Source: an uncultured Chloroflexia bacterium (GTDB lineage: Bacteria > Chloroflexota > Anaerolineae > Anaerolineales > UBA4823). Taken from it: a DNA stretch of 64,000 nt. The notes beneath the pieces are model-generated. The model ran no database searches. It saw only the letters and a program-made list of their open reading frames with translations, and was not told the DNA's origin. The translations under genes and the position numbers were made by a program. Shown piece by piece: positions 33,946-42,909 of this stretch (positions are counted from its first letter, which is position 1; each line of letters begins with the position of its first letter). The stretch is from positions 1,151,631-1,215,630 of the forward strand of contig CAWBYY010000011.1 of assembly GCA_963793095.1 (NCBI GenBank), given 5' to 3'.

Positions 33946-35821
33946 ATGAATATGAGGTTATTTGGTATCGCATTAGCCCTTGCAATATTGGGTATGGCTG
34001 GATCATGTAAAAAGGAGACAGCACCTCCCAAAGATTTATCGGAAGCAGGACATCCCAGGATACTGCTGCTGAAAGGTGAAGAGCAGCAGATCCATGACCT
34101 GATCGCAGAAGATGAAACCTGGGAAAAAATGCATTTTGCCATTATTGAGAAAAGCACCAGCCTGTTGGGGGAACCACCGCTTGAGCGGGTTATGGTAGGC
34201 CGCCGCCTGTTAGGCACCTCAAGAGAATTATTGAAAAGAGTCTTTTTTCTGTCCTATGCCTACAGGATGACAGGGAATGAACAGTACTTAGAAAAGGCAG
34301 AGGAAGAACTGGTCGCTGTATCCTGGTTCAGTGACTGGAACCCATCACATTTCCTTGATGTTGCCGAGATGACTATGGGGGTGGCCATTGGCTATGACTG
34401 GCTCTATGAGGACCTTTCTGAGATCAACCGGGAGGTGATCAAATCTGCCATTTTAATGAAAGGGATAAATCCTTCCAAAGACAGCCAATATACCTGGTGG
34501 TTAAGCTCTTCCAACAACTGGAACCAGGTTTGCAATGCCGGAATGGTATACGGAGCCCTGGCCATACAGGAAGACTACCCGGACCTGGCTGAAGAGATCA
34601 TTGACCGTGCTTTTCTATCCATTCCAATATCCATGGAAGCTTATCAGCCCGACGGTGTCTATCCCGAGGGATATGGCTACTGGGGATACGGAACAACCTT
34701 CAACATGCTTTTTTTGAGCGCCATAGAAAAGGCCCTGGGTACGGACAAGGGTTTGGCGGCTACACCTGGGTTCCTTGAAACCGGGGACTTCCTGAAACAC
34801 ATGCTCACACCCACCGGAAAAAGCTTTAACTGGGCAGATTGCGGAACGGGAACAAACCTGAATACAGCCATGTTCTGGATCGCAGAACGCACCAATGATC
34901 CTTCTGTGCTCTGGTCTGAAAAAAAGTTTTTGGAAACGAGTAATTTTTCAAAGTTTAATGGGATCAGGTCATTGCCGGCCCTTATGATATGGGCTAAGGA
35001 TATCCCGCTTTCCAACATTACAGAGCCTGAGGAAAAGTTTTTCATGGGTCAGGGAGCAAATCCTGTGGCCATAATGCGTAGCAGCTGGACTGACCCACTG
35101 GCCGTCTACCTTGGATTCAAGGCCGGTTCACCTTCAGTAAACCATGGCCATATGGATATAGGCTCCTTTGTGATGGAGGCCAATAACCGGCGCTGGGCCA
35201 CCGACCTGGGCATGCAGAATTATGAATCCCTTGAGTCGCTGGGGATGAAAATTTTTGGAAAAACACAGGATGCCGAGCGGTGGACCATTTTCCGGATGAA
35301 CACCTATTCCCATAATGTGCTGATCATTGATGACCAGCAGCAGCGCGTGAATGGTTATGCAAAAATTGACAAATATTCTGATACCGAAGATTTCATGTTT
35401 GCCATTTCTGATATCTCCCCAGTCTATAATGGCCAACTGAAAAAGGCCACCCGGGGTGTGGCGATCAAAGACGGGAAATATACCATCATCCGTGACGAGA
35501 TCGAAACACTGGATAAAACCACTTTGGTCCGCTGGAACATGGTGACTTTTTCAGCTGTTGCGCTCGCGAATAAGGAAGCAACGCTTACCGATGATGGTAA
35601 GACGCTTTATCTGAAGGTCCAGGGGCCAGACAACATAATAATGAAAACCTGGAGCACGGCCCCGACCAATAATTACGATGCCGAAAATCCTGGAACAATA
35701 ATGGTTGGATTCGAGTGTGAAGTGCCGGCAAATACTTCTCAGGCCTTTCGAGGTAATCCTGGTTCCGAAACCGGTTGATGCTGAAGCCACATTTTTAGAT
35801 ATCACCCTCGATGAATGGTAA
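33946..35821 (+). CDS. heparinase II/III-like lyase paralog C (lipoprotein); one frame break near 35745
   Basis: ORF 33946-35778 plus a shifted tail, FEVILVPKPVDAEATFLDITLDEW stop at 35819-35821, which matches the tail of paralog D. The lipobox is LGMAGSC. Motifs are FSDWNPSHFLDVAEMTMGVAIGYDW and NHGHMDIGSFVMEANNRRW. Confidence 0.75.
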
Positions 35822-35848
35822 ATATATAAATCCACTAAACCAATAATT

Positions 35849-37702
35849 ATGAAATCCAGATTAACAAAACTTTTCATCGGCGCTGTCATTGTAATGGCGG
35901 CCAATTCCTGCCAGCAGTCAAACTACCCTGAGCATCCAAGGATCTTGCTCTTTGAAGGAGAGGAAAAAGCCCTGCTGGAGCAGTTAGAAAAAACCGAAAC
36001 CTGGAGGAAAATTCACGGAGTCATCCTGGATGAGTGTGAAAATATCCTCCAGCAGGAACCACTCGAAAGAATTCAAATAGGCAGACGGCTCTTAAGTACA
36101 TCACGTGAGTATTTGCGAAGGGTGTTTTACCTGTCTTATGCTTACCGGATGACAGGCGACGAACGCTTTTCGGCACATGCAGAACGGCATTTGCTAAAGG
36201 CCGCAGGCTTCAGCGACTGGAACCCGACACATTTTCTGGATGTCGCTGAAATGACCATGGCTTTGGCCATTGGGTATGACTGGCTGTTTGATGAATTACC
36301 CGAAACCTCAAAACAGACCATAAGAGAGGCCATTGTTAATAAAGGGCTGGAACCTTCCTACAATGAAGATTATAACTGGTTCTTACAGGCGGAGCATAAC
36401 TGGAACCAGGTATGCAATGCTGGCATGGCCTTCGGGGCCCTGGCCATACGTGAAGACCATCCCGGACTTGCAGATTCTGTGATTGACCGTGCTTTTAAAA
36501 CCATTCCCCTGGCCATGCATGATTACAGGCCAGATGGTGCTTATCCTGAGGGATATGGATACTGGGGTTACGGGACATCCTTCAATGTAATATTTTTAAG
36601 TGCGGTTGAAAAAGCACTGGGAACGGACAGGGGACTTAGCGCATCTCCCGGGTTTTTGAAAACCGCCGGCTTTCTTCAGCACATGCTGGCCCCTTCCAAT
36701 GTATGTTACAACTGGGGCGATTGCGGGGCAAGGGGAAACCTAAACCCTGCCATGTTCTGGTTTGCTGCAAAAAATAACGATCCCTCACTGCTGTGGTCAG
36801 AAAGAAAATTCCTGGAAAATGATGATTTCTCAAGATTTGCCCGTCAACAGTTCCTGCCTGCCATGATGATCTGGGGCAAGGATATCCAATTGGATCAGAT
36901 CCAGGTCCCGGACTCCAAAGTCTGGATGGGACAGGGAAAAAATCCCGTTTGCCTCATGCGCACCTCGTGGACCGATCCCGGTGCCATTTACCTTGGTTTC
37001 AAGGCCGGTTCTCCTTCGGTGAATCATGCCCACATGGATGTCGGTTCATTTATGATGGAAGCAGAAGGTATCCGTTGGGTTTCAGATTTTGGTTCCCAGA
37101 ATTATGAGTCTCTGGAGTCGAAGGGGATGTCGATATTTGGAAGGACCCAGGATGCCCAGCGTTGGACCATTTTCAGGTTGAATAACTATGCACACTCAAC
37201 ATTGACCATCAATGATCAGTTGCAAAAGGTGGAGGGATATGCCAAAATAGACCGGCATTCGGAACAGGATGATTTCATGTTTGCCATATCGGATATCTCT
37301 TCTCTTTACAATGGCCTGTTAAAAAAGGCGGTCCGGGGTGCCGGCATCAAAGACGGTAAGTACATTGTTGTCCGTGATCAGATTGAAACCAATGACAAGC
37401 CCGCAAAGCTGCGGTGGAACCTGGTTACACCAGCCGATGTGGAACTGGGTGAAAAAGGAGCCATGCTGACCAGGGATGGAGAAACCTTATACCTGAAAGT
37501 CCGGGGCCCCGGCAACATCAAAATGAAAACCTGGAGCACCGCCCCCACCAATGATTACGATGCCGAAAATCCGGAGACCATCATGGTCGGGTTCGAGTGT
37601 ACTTTGGCGGCAAATACAAGCGAATCATTTGAGGTCCTGCTTGTCCCGGCGAAATCGAAAGAAGATGCTGATTTCCTGGATGTATCACTCGATGAATGGT
37701 AA
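35849..37702 (+). CDS. heparinase II/III-like lyase paralog D (intact)
   Basis: 617-aa ORF. In a hand-aligned block with paralog C, 49 of 72 residues are identical. Motifs are FSDWNPTHFLDVAEMTMALAIGYDW, NHAHMDVGSFMMEAEGIRW and the C-terminal DFLDVSLDEW. Confidence 0.75.
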   Translation: MKSRLTKLFIGAVIVMAANSCQQSNYPEHPRILLFEGEEKALLEQLEKTETWRKIHGVILDECENILQQEPLERIQIGRRLLSTSREYLRRVFYLSYAYRMTGDERFSAHAERHLLKAAGFSDWNPTHFLDVAEMTMALAIGYDWLFDELPETSKQTIREAIVNKGLEPSYNEDYNWFLQAEHNWNQVCNAGMAFGALAIREDHPGLADSVIDRAFKTIPLAMHDYRPDGAYPEGYGYWGYGTSFNVIFLSAVEKALGTDRGLSASPGFLKTAGFLQHMLAPSNVCYNWGDCGARGNLNPAMFWFAAKNNDPSLLWSERKFLENDDFSRFARQQFLPAMMIWGKDIQLDQIQVPDSKVWMGQGKNPVCLMRTSWTDPGAIYLGFKAGSPSVNHAHMDVGSFMMEAEGIRWVSDFGSQNYESLESKGMSIFGRTQDAQRWTIFRLNNYAHSTLTINDQLQKVEGYAKIDRHSEQDDFMFAISDISSLYNGLLKKAVRGAGIKDGKYIVVRDQIETNDKPAKLRWNLVTPADVELGEKGAMLTRDGETLYLKVRGPGNIKMKTWSTAPTNDYDAENPETIMVGFECTLAANTSESFEVLLVPAKSKEDADFLDVSLDEW

Positions 37703-37736
37703 ACTTAGCGTATCTTAATCAAATAAATAAACAGCG

Positions 37737-38963
37737 ATGAATAAAAATGGCCTCTATTTTTTACTGTCCATTTCTGCTTTATTATGTTCAAATTGCACCC
37801 AAAATACAAGCCATCATACGCTTACAGAATTTCCTGCTGAACAGAAAGAGATCAGAGACAGGAACACCGGGGTTCCTATCTCGCAACTCACCAATTACAA
37901 AGGGCACAGCCATCATTTTTATTTTACCAATCCAGGCTGGTTTGATGGCGGACAAAAACTGTTGTTCTCATCTGACAGAAATAACCGCACCAATTTGTTC
38001 AGTATAGATCTGAGGGACTATACCATTCAGCAATTAACCAACCTTGAACCTGTTCCTTTGCCCCGTGAAGTAGAATTTTTCAGGGCCTGCAAAAATCCGG
38101 TTAAGGATGAGGCCTATTTCTGGCATGATCTTGAACTGATAGCACTTGATCTGGAATCCCTGCATCAATCGACCATTTTTAAACTTGATTCGGGATGGAA
38201 CATATCCATGTCCAATTGTTCCGCAGACGGGAAGAATGTATATTTTGGCACATGGGAAGACCTGTCCCATCTTTTCGAGGTGGATTTGTTGCGTGGATAT
38301 ATCGGTTTTGAGGAAACCTGGAAAGCAAAACCACGCAGTAAAATAATCAGAGTGGCAACCGATGGTTCAGAAAATGAAGTGATCTTTGAAGAAGATTACT
38401 GGATCGGTCATGTAAACACCTCTCCCACCCGCAGTGATTTGATCACATTTTGTCATGAAGGTCCATGGCAAAAAGTGGACAACAGGATCTGGTGCATGAA
38501 TGTTGAAACGAAAGAAGTCTGGAAAATCCGGCCCAGGACAATGGAAGGGGAAAGAGTGGGACATGAATACTGGTTTGCTGATGGTGAAACCATCGGTTTT
38601 CATGGCTCCAGGACCGATGGCAGTGCATTTCTCGGTCACATCCGCTTTGACAACACACAGCATCTGGAGGTAGACTTCTCAAGCAATACCGGCCATATTC
38701 ATTCCAACGATGAGAGCCTGATTGTAGGTGATGGCGAAGGGTTTATTAAACTCTGGAAATGGAACGGAGTAACGTATGATGGGCCAAGAATCCTTTGTGA
38801 ACATAAATCCTCTCAGCAAACCCAGCATTCCCACCCGCATCCCCGGTTCAATGAAGCGGGGAACCAGGTCCTGTACACCTCCGATATTACAGGTTACTGT
38901 AATGTTTATCTGGTGGATATACCGGAATTTGATTCACTACCCTATCTGGATGAAAAAAAATAA
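37737..38963 (+). CDS. oligogalacturonate lyase (PL22)-like beta-propeller protein
   Basis: 408-aa ORF with a signal/lipobox (LLCSNC). It parallels Yersinia/Dickeya Ogl in blocks I recall: HHFYFTNPGW..DG.KLLFSSDR, ITFCHEGPW, VGHEYWF, SLIVGDGEG, HSHPHPRFNEAGNQVLYTSD. Confidence 0.75.
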   Translation: MNKNGLYFLLSISALLCSNCTQNTSHHTLTEFPAEQKEIRDRNTGVPISQLTNYKGHSHHFYFTNPGWFDGGQKLLFSSDRNNRTNLFSIDLRDYTIQQLTNLEPVPLPREVEFFRACKNPVKDEAYFWHDLELIALDLESLHQSTIFKLDSGWNISMSNCSADGKNVYFGTWEDLSHLFEVDLLRGYIGFEETWKAKPRSKIIRVATDGSENEVIFEEDYWIGHVNTSPTRSDLITFCHEGPWQKVDNRIWCMNVETKEVWKIRPRTMEGERVGHEYWFADGETIGFHGSRTDGSAFLGHIRFDNTQHLEVDFSSNTGHIHSNDESLIVGDGEGFIKLWKWNGVTYDGPRILCEHKSSQQTQHSHPHPRFNEAGNQVLYTSDITGYCNVYLVDIPEFDSLPYLDEKK

Positions 38964-38971
38964 GCCCTCAT

Positions 38972-40375
38972 ATGAAAAAGACCAGCCTTTATTCATTTAT
39001 GTGCCTGCTGTTTGCCCTCCATGCCTGCTCACCGGCAGATCAAAAACCCATGGTGATTGATGAAACCGGCAACTCCGAAACAATTGAAGAGGTTATTGAG
39101 ATTGATCTGGTCTGGGCAGGCCATCCGACGGGTTTTTGTCTCCTGACCCATGGCGATCGGCAGTATATTGCTTACTACAATGCCAACAGGAACATGATAG
39201 TCGGACAGAGAAACCTGGATGAAGATGATTTTTCACTTCACATTATGCCTCCGACCTATCGGGAAACAGCTGGCGGGACAAGTACGGTCCTGGGCTGGGA
39301 CAGCCATAATTCGGTTACACTGGGCATTGATAAAGAGGGTTTTATTCACCTTTCAGGAAACATGCATGCCAATCCGCTCACTTATTTCAGGAGCAAAAAG
39401 CCAAACGATATTTCCTCCCTTGTTCAGGTTTGGGAGATGGTCGGCCGTGAGGAGAATAGATGTACCTATCCGAAATTCCTTTATTCACGTGAAGGGGAGA
39501 TGATATACACCTACCGGGATGGCGGCAGCGGGAACGGTAACCAGATCTATAACATCTATGATACCGGGTCCAAATCCTGGTCAAGACTACTGGATACCCC
39601 CTTAACTGACGGACAGGGACTGATGAACGCCTATATTTCAAGTCCCGAGTTAAGAAGTGACAACTGGTACCATGCCTACTGGGTCTGGCGGGATACGCCG
39701 GATTGCCAGACAAACCATGACCTGTCCTATATGAAAAGTCCCGATCTGCAGCAATGGTTCAATGCATTTGGTGATTCTATTGAGCTGCCGGCATCCTACC
39801 CGACAAGCCAGGTTGTGGTGGACCCGATCCCGGCAGAGGGCGGGATCATCAACCTGGCAGCAAAATTCGTCCTGGATGCAAAGGACAACCCGGTTTTTGC
39901 CTATCACAAATATGATTCAGCAGGGAACCTCCAGTTCTATACCGCGCAGATCCTGGATGACAGGTGGATCTACAAACAGGTGACAAACTGGGATTACCGG
40001 TGGGAGTTCAACGGAAGGGGGAGCATTAACAGCGAGGTTATTCTGAAGGGTTTCAATGAAAGGGGGGATGGTTTTTATGAGCTGGATTACTGGCACATAA
40101 AATATGGCAACGGGTGCATCCTCTTAAATGGTGAATTTGAGTCTTGTGGGACTGTATTAAAAGCAGAACCACTCAGAACCCGTTTAAAGCCAGAAGGTGA
40201 TTTCCCGGGATTAATGGTTCAGACATTCGGGGACATTGGTAAGACTGGAGAAGTGGGAGTCAGGTATATGCTAAAGTGGGAAACACTGAACCGGAACCGC
40301 GACCGGCCCCGTCCGGAGCCATGGCCGGAACCCAGCCAGTTGTACCTGTATAAATTTATTTCCGGTATCAAATAG
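38972..40375 (+). CDS. BNR-4 repeat-containing family protein (Pfam BNR_4-like), lipoprotein
   Basis: 467-aa ORF with lipobox FALHAC. Blocks such as YIAYYNANRNMIVGQR and GWDSHNSVTLGIDKEGFIHLSGNMHANPLTYFRS match my memory of this family. Its function is uncharacterised to my knowledge. Confidence 0.5.
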   Translation: MKKTSLYSFMCLLFALHACSPADQKPMVIDETGNSETIEEVIEIDLVWAGHPTGFCLLTHGDRQYIAYYNANRNMIVGQRNLDEDDFSLHIMPPTYRETAGGTSTVLGWDSHNSVTLGIDKEGFIHLSGNMHANPLTYFRSKKPNDISSLVQVWEMVGREENRCTYPKFLYSREGEMIYTYRDGGSGNGNQIYNIYDTGSKSWSRLLDTPLTDGQGLMNAYISSPELRSDNWYHAYWVWRDTPDCQTNHDLSYMKSPDLQQWFNAFGDSIELPASYPTSQVVVDPIPAEGGIINLAAKFVLDAKDNPVFAYHKYDSAGNLQFYTAQILDDRWIYKQVTNWDYRWEFNGRGSINSEVILKGFNERGDGFYELDYWHIKYGNGCILLNGEFESCGTVLKAEPLRTRLKPEGDFPGLMVQTFGDIGKTGEVGVRYMLKWETLNRNRDRPRPEPWPEPSQLYLYKFISGIK

Positions 40376-40387
40376 TTTCTTGGCAAA

Positions 40388-40517
40388 ATGTACGTACATC
40401 TGCACAATGTACACGCAACGTATACGCTATGTACATAGTAAATTTATATGTGCATAAATCCTTGTTTTATGTACATACTTTATTAAATTTGTACATGATT
40501 ATCAAATAATGTATACA
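40388..40517. repeat. array of eight short TGTACA-type palindromes in the fic upstream region
   Basis: Read directly from the sequence. The copies are ATGTACGTACAT 40388-40399, AATGTACAC 40406-40414, CGTATACG 40419-40426, TATGTACATA 40428-40437, TATGTGCATA 40447-40456, TATGTACATA 40468-40477, TGTACA 40490-40495 and TGTATACA 40510-40517. The centres of the last four are spaced 21, 20 and 21 bp. Confidence 0.8.
40484..40491 (+). promoter_or_regulatory. candidate -7 promoter box TAAATTTG for fic
   Basis: It matches the Bacteroidota TAnnTTTG consensus 37 nt upstream of the ATG at 40528 and overlaps the seventh palindrome. The same 11-mer, TAAATTTGTAC, occurs upstream of yefM at 14766. Confidence 0.35.
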
Positions 40518-40527
40518 ATATCTAACC

Positions 40528-41625
40528 ATGGTTAAGACTGATCCGGCTATCCCTTACAATTCGCTGCCAAAACTGCCACCTAAAATTGATTTTGAAACAA
40601 AACAGATTTTGAGAAAAGTAGCAAGTGCCAGGGCTGCCTTAGCTGAAATGAAGGGTACAGGAGCCATAATACCAAATCTGGCCATGCTTATTAATACCCT
40701 GACGTTACGGGAGGCAAAGGACAGTTCTGAAATTGAGAATATTGTGACTACGCAAGACGAATTGTACGTTGCTTTTGCTACACAACAAAAAAAAATCAGT
40801 CCATCGATAAAAGAAGTCTTAAATTACAGGCAAGCCTTATGGTATGGCTACAATCTGATCAAAAAAAGGAAAATACTAACCATCAACGACATTACCAGTA
40901 TCCAGCAAATAATCATCGGGAATAGTGCTGGTATCCGCACACAACCCGGAACACAGTTAATAAACATGACGACCGGTGAAGTGATCTATACACCACCAGA
41001 AGGGGAAGAAGTGATACGTAAATTGCTTAAAAACCTGGAGGATTACATTAATTTGGATGACAATGGAATAGATCCCCTTATTAAAATGGCTGTGATTCAC
41101 CATCAATTTGAATCAATCCACCCTTTTTATGACGGGAATGGAAGAACGGGGAGAATTACAAATATACTTTACCTGGTTATGAAAGGATTACTGGATATTC
41201 CAATATTGTATCTAAGTTCCCATATCATTAAGAAAAAAAGGGAATATTACAGATTGCTTTCCGAAATCAGAAATGATAACAATTGGGAGGAATGGGTTTA
41301 TTATATACTCCATGGTATAGAAGAAACAGCGAATCAAACAACCATATTAATCAAAAAGATCAAAGAATTATTGGAAGTAATGATTGAAAAGATCAGAACA
41401 GAATTACCATCTGTATATTCCAAGGATTTGGTGGAAACCATCTTTGAGCAGCCCTATTGCAGGGTTGCTTCGATAGTTGATAAAGGATTGTATGAAAGAA
41501 GAACAGCCATGAAATATTTACGAGAGCTTGAAAGGATTGGTTTACTAAAAGCGATCCCTAAAGGAAACCAGATACTATTCCTCAATATAAGTCTCTATGA
41601 TCTGCTCAAACAGGATTTCAATTAA
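40528..41625 (+). CDS. Fic-family protein (class II, self-inhibited AMPylase type) with C-terminal wHTH
   Basis: 365-aa ORF. The Fic motif is HPFYDGNGRTGR. The N-terminal inhibitory motif SSEIEN fits (S/T)xxxE(G/N). The C-terminus RTAMKYLRELERIGLLKAIPKGNQILF looks like a winged helix. The gene is noticeably AT-rich by eye. Confidence 0.9.
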   Translation: MVKTDPAIPYNSLPKLPPKIDFETKQILRKVASARAALAEMKGTGAIIPNLAMLINTLTLREAKDSSEIENIVTTQDELYVAFATQQKKISPSIKEVLNYRQALWYGYNLIKKRKILTINDITSIQQIIIGNSAGIRTQPGTQLINMTTGEVIYTPPEGEEVIRKLLKNLEDYINLDDNGIDPLIKMAVIHHQFESIHPFYDGNGRTGRITNILYLVMKGLLDIPILYLSSHIIKKKREYYRLLSEIRNDNNWEEWVYYILHGIEETANQTTILIKKIKELLEVMIEKIRTELPSVYSKDLVETIFEQPYCRVASIVDKGLYERRTAMKYLRELERIGLLKAIPKGNQILFLNISLYDLLKQDFN

Positions 41626-41631
41626 TACCGC

Positions 41632-42894
41632 CTAGATCCGCGGTCCGTTTTCCAGCAGATATTCTTCTGCTTCGGCGTTCCAGAGTCCGTCATGCAGTTT
41701 CACTATTTTATGCAGGGCTGAAAAAATGGGATCTTCTTTGCCCTTCTCCGCGAATTCCTCAATGGCTGTCAGGGGAAGATCGATATGGGTATAGATCAGT
41801 TTTTTGCTCCCGGGGATACCGGGCAGGTTACAGGTAGCCTGAATAACGGCATTCAGTCCGCCGACATGGGTAACCAGGTAGGCCGGACTGATACGCCCGT
41901 CGACCATCATCCCGATGGACTTCCGAATATCATCCGTATTACCACCATTCGTTGCCACTATATGTGTGGCATTGTAATGGACATTGTAAAAGTTCAGGTC
42001 AGCCCTGAATTGTGTGTCAGCAGGTCCTGCAAAGAAGTTAAGGCAGCCATCTGTAGCTAGTAAGCTGTCTCCCTGTTCGACCAATGGTTTAACAGGGGCA
42101 AATACAAGTACATCGTCATAGCCTTTCTGTTCCCCTGCCAGGGATCTCAGATATGCTTCCGCGTCCTCATGGTCCGAGGTATTGACATAGTACAGGTCTA
42201 TACCCAGGCTGGCGGCCTCCTCCCTGGTGACAAGGCCGGCAATATAGTCCAAGCGTTTCTTGTCGATATCGGTCACAACCAGCAAGGAGGGCCTCCTTTC
42301 TGTATGAACAATAAAATCAATAGCAGCGATTCCCATAGGACCTGCGGCAGCGAGCATGGCCATTTTGCCTCCTTCCTTGATGCCCATCTTATGGACATAG
42401 GATCCAAAAGTTGTATGATAATGGGCCTCGAAGGTTCCGGCCACGCAGGAATAGGGTTCTGCCAGGGAACTCATAAAGTATGAATCGGCCTCGAAGGGGA
42501 TGATGCAATCCTGTTCCAGATATACCGCCGGGATGATCACATGTGTGGCATCTCCACCGAAATAGGGGAAAGAATAACCGGCTGCTTCCAGGGTCAGTGC
42601 CCCGAGTGCGGGCTGTACCGTAAATTTGTCCCCCGGCTTGAATTTGTGCTTCCACTTATCCCCTACTTCCAGGATTCTGCCGGCAAATTCATGTCCCACA
42701 ATGGTAGGGTTGTCCGCCACATCATTGGGCACCCTTTTGTGATCGGCACCAAGCCTGGCCGCCTTATAGGATGACATGCAGAGGCTGTCTGATATGACTT
42801 CGGCCAGGATCTCATCATCCTTCATGGCAGGCAATTCAAACTCCTCAAGCCTGAGGTCTTCCTTACCGTATAATCGAACCGCTTTCGTCTTCAT
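41632..42894 (-). CDS. zinc-dependent alcohol/polyol dehydrogenase (MDR family)
   Basis: 420-aa ORF. It has the GHEFAGRILEVG zinc motif and an N-terminal GroES-like fold pattern (AVRLYGKEDLRLEEFELP). It is the last gene of the minus-strand operon. Confidence 0.75.
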   Translation of the reverse strand: MKTKAVRLYGKEDLRLEEFELPAMKDDEILAEVISDSLCMSSYKAARLGADHKRVPNDVADNPTIVGHEFAGRILEVGDKWKHKFKPGDKFTVQPALGALTLEAAGYSFPYFGGDATHVIIPAVYLEQDCIIPFEADSYFMSSLAEPYSCVAGTFEAHYHTTFGSYVHKMGIKEGGKMAMLAAAGPMGIAAIDFIVHTERRPSLLVVTDIDKKRLDYIAGLVTREEAASLGIDLYYVNTSDHEDAEAYLRSLAGEQKGYDDVLVFAPVKPLVEQGDSLLATDGCLNFFAGPADTQFRADLNFYNVHYNATHIVATNGGNTDDIRKSIGMMVDGRISPAYLVTHVGGLNAVIQATCNLPGIPGSKKLIYTHIDLPLTAIEEFAEKGKEDPIFSALHKIVKLHDGLWNAEAEEYLLENGPRI

Positions 42895-42909
42895 ATCTGA
42901 TTTTCATTT

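Noticed and set aside
28114-37702. Calling the five lyase genes a heparin/heparan-sulfate utilisation locus on the strength of the 'heparinase II/III' family name
   Set aside because: The family name reflects a fold shared by lyases with many specificities. No GH88-type hydrolase or other hallmark of heparin PULs is present, so the substrate is left open.
40388-40517. Possibility that the repeated TGTACA palindromes are a CRISPR-like or other repeat-spacer array
   Set aside because: The repeats are only 6-12 nt with irregular spacers of 2-13 nt. There is no leader or cas context. The layout fits protein-binding sites, not CRISPR.
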